From: an uncultured archaeon
Lineage (GTDB): Archaea; Asgardarchaeota; Lokiarchaeia; Sigyniarchaeales; SOKP01
Direction: 5' to 3'
DNA length: 64,000 nucleotides
Assembly: GCA_964486045.1 (NCBI GenBank)
Contig: CAZALK010000011.1
Location: 112,526 to 176,525 of the forward strand
A program made the translations under genes and the position numbers. Shown in pieces: positions 59,563 to 64,000 of the stretch. The number at the start of each line of letters is the position of its first letter. The stretch's first letter is position 1. The notes below the pieces were generated by a model. That model saw only the letters and a program-made list of their open reading frames with translations. It was not told where the DNA came from and made no database searches.

Positions 59563-59972
59563 AAGCAGGAGGTACCGAAAAAATCGGAATTGAAAAATTA
59601 GAATACGCTGTAAAGAAATTAAAATCTACCCTCAAGAACTATTCCCAATCTCAAGAAATCGCAAATTCTCCAAAAATTGATTTTACCACCGAGAATTTAA
59701 ATCAAAAAATAGCTCAGATTAGGAAGAAATACAAACCAGAACTAACGAGTATAAGAAAAGCCTTTGGAGGCACTCGAAAGGGAAGAAAGCACATTTGCTA
59801 CCGCTTTGAGTATAAAGACGGGGTTTATGATTTAGAAATAGATGAATTTGGGAAGTATTACCTACACCCTTTTAACAACTACAAAAAAAGAGATTACAAA
59901 CGCTTTTCTTCAGTAAAAGAAATGATTACAGAATTAGAAGATTTTTTGAACACTAAGAAAAACAGCATCTGA
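59550..59972 (+). CDS. Hypothetical basic protein
   Basis: 140-aa ORF; start uncertain. Confidence 0.55.
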   Translation: MKKAKAGGTEKIGIEKLEYAVKKLKSTLKNYSQSQEIANSPKIDFTTENLNQKIAQIRKKYKPELTSIRKAFGGTRKGRKHICYRFEYKDGVYDLEIDEFGKYYLHPFNNYKKRDYKRFSSVKEMITELEDFLNTKKNSI

Positions 59973-60179
59973 ACAATTCAAACCTTATTATTTTTTTCTT
60001 TTTATATATTTTGGAAAATAACAAAACAAATTTTACCTGATAAGATTAAAATTTTGCCCAGATTACTAAACTTTCGTTCTCACTCATTTTAAATAAGCCA
60101 GATCATCTTAAAATTTAGGTGAATAATGAATCTTTTCGAGTTTTGGCATTATTAATTAGGGAACTTTTTCTTTTTACAA

Positions 60180-60840
60180 CTTTAGAGATTCTTTAACCTT
60201 CTCTTTCTTACTAATGGTAGTTAGTCCTTAATCATGTATCTTTTTCTAATCATCTTCTGTGATACTCCCACGCCTTAGGGTTATATTTCAAATTCTCCAT
60301 TAAATTAATATTAGGGGGGAGTTCAAACAAAATTAGTAATTTAAATGCTTAAGCTACTTTAAATGGATATAACCTTTTTTGTAGTTTTTCTTCTTTTTTC
60401 TGTTATTAGTTCATTACCTAATGCACTTAGAATTAATATTAGATGGGAGAAGAAAGACGGGAACATGATTCTATAGTAATTCCCCCATATTCTTCTTTAA
60501 TTTTGATATGAAAAGGGTTTTGTTTCTGTTTCATGCTTTGAACAAAGATTTTTGGCATTAGTACAGGAAGGAAAAAAAAAGAAAAAGGAAGTTACTTTTT
60601 GTTCTTAATAGATTCAATTTGAGATATTAAAGTCCACTGATTATAATTTAATTCTTTCTTGTCGTATCTATTATTTTTATGCTTTTTATGTTTCTCATAC
60701 ATTTTAATATTAAATTTCATATTAGAAAGAACAAGATTAATCTTTTCAGCTTTGCTTAATCGTTTTTCATAATGATATTACAGTAGAGAAAGAAATTTTA
60801 TCTTTCTGTTTTTGGTAAACGCTTTCAAAAATAATAATTT
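60180..60840 (-). repeat. Dispersed mosaic repeat, copy 2, including a startless ORF fragment at 60592-60777
   Basis: Encodes YEKRLSKAEKINLVLSNMKFNIKMYEKHKKHKNNRYDKKELNYNQWTLISQIESIKNKK*. Confidence 0.8.
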
Positions 60841-60932
60841 TTTTAACATTATCGTTTTACTAAAATTTTATATTTTGGAATTTATTAAATTTGTAAAAAA
60901 AAGGAAAATAGAATTTTACGAAAATAAGGAGT

Positions 60933-63900
60933 ATGTTTAATATGCTAGAAGACGATATTCTAATGGTTATAACACACATGCAATTATTTTTGATTCTTAT
61001 CGCTTTAGGTATTTTTTATTATGCCGTGAAAAAGGAGAAATATTTTAAAAAATGGCTTCCAATTTATGTAATACTTGTTATTGGTGCTATAATAAGCTCA
61101 TTTAAAGATTTCATACCAGAAGCATCTTTAATTTCAAATGTTATTAATGCTATTTGTGTTGTTATTCTATTTACAGTTTCTTACCGCGAGTATAAGGTCT
61201 TGTTCAAAGCCAACACAAATTTATCTGTTGGTTTAAAAGCAATTGCAGTTGCTGTCCCTTTTACTGCCGAACCTTTTTCTCCAATAATTTTCGGACTTGA
61301 AATCTTTATTATAGCTCTCTGTATCTATAGTGGATATATGTTGATTAAAATTTATAAATTGAAAAGAAGACCGACTCACTTATTTTTTTGTTTTGCAATA
61401 GTAATTGCCGCTTTTTCAGTAGTTGTGGCGATCTTTACAGATTTTGGGTATCTTCCTAAGGTATTTGGTCCAGGGGTCACATTTGTCTTTTATACAGTGT
61501 TGGTTAATAGCGGTGTGGTAGCGCATATTGAAATACGTATGGAAGCGCGGAAGAAAGAATTAAGTTCAATGGCAGATGATTTTAAAAAGTTATTGGAAGC
61601 AGGTTCGTATGCTTCTTTTAACACCGCAAGTATGGCAGCAGAATTAGCTAGTAGTGCGCAAGAAGTTAACGCTTCAAATCTTGAGATCTCATCAATAACT
61701 GAAGAATTAACAAATAACTCCCAAGAACAATTCGAAAAGTTAACTAAAATTAGTAAAGACGCAATTGGACTTAATGCTTTATCTAATGAGGTGTTAGCCT
61801 CAGCAGAAGGTATTCGAGCAATTATGGGATTTTTGAAACGTATATCAACACAAACCAATTTATTAGCATTAAATGCAAAATTAGAAGCTGGCAGAGCAGG
61901 AGAACAAGGGAGAGGATTTTCTGTCGTAGCAGATGAAGTTAGAAAATTAGCTGAAGAATCTAAACTCTCTGTAGACGAAACAGGTTCAAAAATTAGTGAG
62001 ATTCTTTCTAAAATCGAACAAAGTGTCAAAGTTCAAAAAACAATAAGTTCGGAAATTAATCAATCCGTTTTAACGACTCAAGAAATATCAGAATTAATGG
62101 TGAGCATTAATTCATCGAGTAGCTTACAGTCTAGCGCAATGGGAGAGATAACACAAACAGCTCAAAAATTGAATGATTTAGCTGAAGACCTCAAAAATTC
62201 TTTATCAAAATCGACGACAACCATAAGTGAAGAACCAGAAATATTTAAAGAAAAATTAACGAAAAAAGCAAAGAAGAAAGCGGAACAAAAAGCGAAAAAA
62301 GAAGAAGCAAAACTCAAAAAGAAAGAAGCAGAATTAGAAGCTAAAAAAGAAAAAGCTGAAATAAAAGCAAAGAAAGAAGCAGAATTAGAAGCTAAAAAAG
62401 AAAAAGCTCAGGAAAAAGCTCAGGAAAACGCAGAGCTAAAAACTATAAAAGATCAAGAGAAATTAGCTCAGAAAGCAGCGGACGCGAAACTTAAAGCAGA
62501 AAATGCTAAAAAGGCAGCAGAATTAGCTAGTAGTGCTCAAGAAGTTAACGCTTCAAATCTTGAGATTTCATCAATTACTGAAGAATTAACACATAACGCA
62601 CAAGAACAATTGGAAAAGTTAACTAAAATTAGTGAAGAAGCGATTGGACTTAACGCTTTATCTAATGAAGTGTTAGAATCAGCAGAAGGCATTCGAGGAA
62701 TTATGGAATTTTTAAAACGTATTTCAGTACAAACCAATTTGTTAGCATTAAATGCAAAATTAGAAGCTGGCAGAGCAGGAGAACAAGGGAGAGGATTTTC
62801 TGTCGTAGCAGATGAAGTTAGAAAATTGGCTGAAGAATCTAAAAGCTCAGTAGATCAAACAGGTTCAAGAATTAGTGAGATTCTTTCTAAAATCTCACAA
62901 AGCGTTAACGTTCAAAAAAAGATAAGTACGGAAATTAAACAATCGGTTTTAACCACTCAAGAAATATCAGAATTAATGGTGAGCATTAATTCATCCAGTA
63001 GTTTGCAATCTAGCGCAATGGGAGAGATAACCCTAACAGCACAAAAATTGAATGATTTAGCTGAAGAGCTAAAAAATTCTTTATCAAAAACAACGATTAT
63101 TAGTGAAGAAGAAAATATTGATAAAGAAATTTTTTCTTTTTTTAAGAAGAAAAAAGTCAGAGAAAAGGCAACGAAAAAAGCGGAGCAAAAAGCTAAAAAA
63201 GAAGAAGAAAAACTCGCAAAGAAAGAAGCAGAATTAATAGCTAAAAAAGAAAAAGCCGAAGAAAATGCTAATAAAGAAGCGGAATTAATAACTAAAAAAG
63301 AAAATGACGCGTTGGCAAAGAAAGAAGAAGCAGAACTAAAAGCTATCAGAGATAAGGAAAACTTAGCACAAAAAGAAGCAGATTTAATAGTCAAAAAAGA
63401 AAAAGCTGAAGAAAATGCAAAGTTAAAAGCAGAACAAAAAGCTAAAAAAGTACAGGAACGGTTAATAAAGAAAGAAGCTGAGTTAAAAGTTAAGAAAGAA
63501 AAAGCCGAAGTAAATACAAAGAAAAAGGCAGAGCTTAAAGCGATAAGAGACAAAGAAAAACTCGAACAAAAAGAAGCAAATGTCAAAATTAAGGAAAAAA
63601 ACGCAAGAAAAGCAGCAGAATTAAAAGCCATCAAAGATCAAGAAAAATTAGCTCAGAAAGAAGCTGATGCTAAGATTAAAACAGAAAACGACAAAAAGGC
63701 AGCAGAGCTAAAAGCCATAAAAGAAAAAGAAAAGCTCGCTCAAAAAGAAGCCGATACGAAACATAAAGCTGAAAGCGATAAAAATGCTGTAGAGCTGAAA
63801 ATCATCAAAGATGAAGAAAAATTAACTCAGAAAGAAACTGATGCAAAAATTAAGACAGAAAGCGACAAAAATGTTACAGAGCTAAAAGCTATAAGATATC

Positions 63901-64000
63901 AAGAAAAACTAGCTCAGAAAGAAGCCAATGCGAAACTTAAAGCAGAAAATGCTAAAAAAGCAGCAGAATTAAAAACCATCAAAGATAAAGAAAAACTAGC
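60933..64000 (+). CDS. Methyl-accepting chemotaxis-like protein: ~6 TMs, two MCP signalling domains, K/E/A-rich repeat tail; runs off the window and is not in the ORF track
   Basis: AAGGAG upstream of ATG 60933/60942; [37 protein letters not shown] at 61851 and 62730. Confidence 0.9.
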   Translation, partial: MFNMLEDDILMVITHMQLFLILIALGIFYYAVKKEKYFKKWLPIYVILVIGAIISSFKDFIPEASLISNVINAICVVILFTVSYREYKVLFKANTNLSVGLKAIAVAVPFTAEPFSPIIFGLEIFIIALCIYSGYMLIKIYKLKRRPTHLFFCFAIVIAAFSVVVAIFTDFGYLPKVFGPGVTFVFYTVLVNSGVVAHIEIRMEARKKELSSMADDFKKLLEAGSYASFNTASMAAELASSAQEVNASNLEISSITEELTNNSQEQFEKLTKISKDAIGLNALSNEVLASAEGIRAIMGFLKRISTQTNLLALNAKLEAGRAGEQGRGFSVVADEVRKLAEESKLSVDETGSKISEILSKIEQSVKVQKTISSEINQSVLTTQEISELMVSINSSSSLQSSAMGEITQTAQKLNDLAEDLKNSLSKSTTTISEEPEIFKEKLTKKAKKKAEQKAKKEEAKLKKKEAELEAKKEKAEIKAKKEAELEAKKEKAQEKAQENAELKTIKDQEKLAQKAADAKLKAENAKKAAELASSAQEVNASNLEISSITEELTHNAQEQLEKLTKISEEAIGLNALSNEVLESAEGIRGIMEFLKRISVQTNLLALNAKLEAGRAGEQGRGFSVVADEVRKLAEESKSSVDQTGSRISEILSKISQSVNVQKKISTEIKQSVLTTQEISELMVSINSSSSLQSSAMGEITLTAQKLNDLAEELKNSLSKTTIISEEENIDKEIFSFFKKKKVREKATKKAEQKAKKEEEKLAKKEAELIAKKEKAEENANKEAELITKKENDALAKKEEAELKAIRDKENLAQKEADLIVKKEKAEENAKLKAEQKAKKVQERLIKKEAELKVKKEKAEVNTKKKAELKAIRDKEKLEQKEANVKIKEKNARKAAELKAIKDQEKLAQKEADAKIKTENDKKAAELKAIKEKEKLAQKEADTKHKAESDKNAVELKIIKDEEKLTQKETDAKIKTESDKNVTELKAIRYQEKLAQKEANAKLKAENAKKAAELKTIKDKEKL
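63525..64000 (+). repeat. 87-nt (29-aa) coding tandem repeat [29 protein letters not shown]
   Basis: Units start at 63525, 63612, 63699, 63786, 63873 and 63960. Confidence 0.85.

Noticed and set aside
61490-63634. Minus-strand ORFs 61490-62029, 62537-62737 and 62957-63634
   Set aside because: Antisense shadows of the plus-strand MCP gene
63525-64000. Periodic repeats as a possible CRISPR array
   Set aside because: Degenerate in-frame 87-nt coding units with no unique spacers and no cas genes

Overview
AT-rich archaeal chromosome segment, very likely from an Asgard archaeon (Lokiarchaeia-like). The evidence is two small Ras-family GTPases, several longin-like domains, a Loki-type LRR protein, an IPGY-TM C-terminal anchor, PAC2, DUF2070 and NreA. 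Most of it is housekeeping or metabolic, including a complete Moco operon, but several signals are missing from the ORF track. (1) A heavy-metal island (~34.8-41 kb) holds vapBC, an HxlR regulator, a CSCGC peptide, merA, an HMA chaperone and a P1B ATPase. It also holds an unannotated 69-aa gene (36659-36868) with four in-frame TGA codons at Cys positions of the GDCCVxC family, followed by a SECIS-like hairpin, i.e. a candidate four-selenocysteine protein directly upstream of mercuric reductase. (2) A candidate -1 programmed frameshift (G_GAU_UUU plus hairpin) would fuse a MoxR AAA+ ATPase to the downstream vWA protein. (3) Several genes appear to start at ATT/ATC. (4) ModE-like and DtxR-like operators lie upstream of the Moco operon and FTR1. 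(5) A chemoreceptor has two tandem MCP signalling domains and a 29-aa repeat tail. (6) There are internally deleted paralog remnants and a shuffled dispersed repeat at ~9.5 kb and ~60.5 kb. No rRNA, tRNA or CRISPR array was found. Family assignments come from recalled motifs, not database searches.
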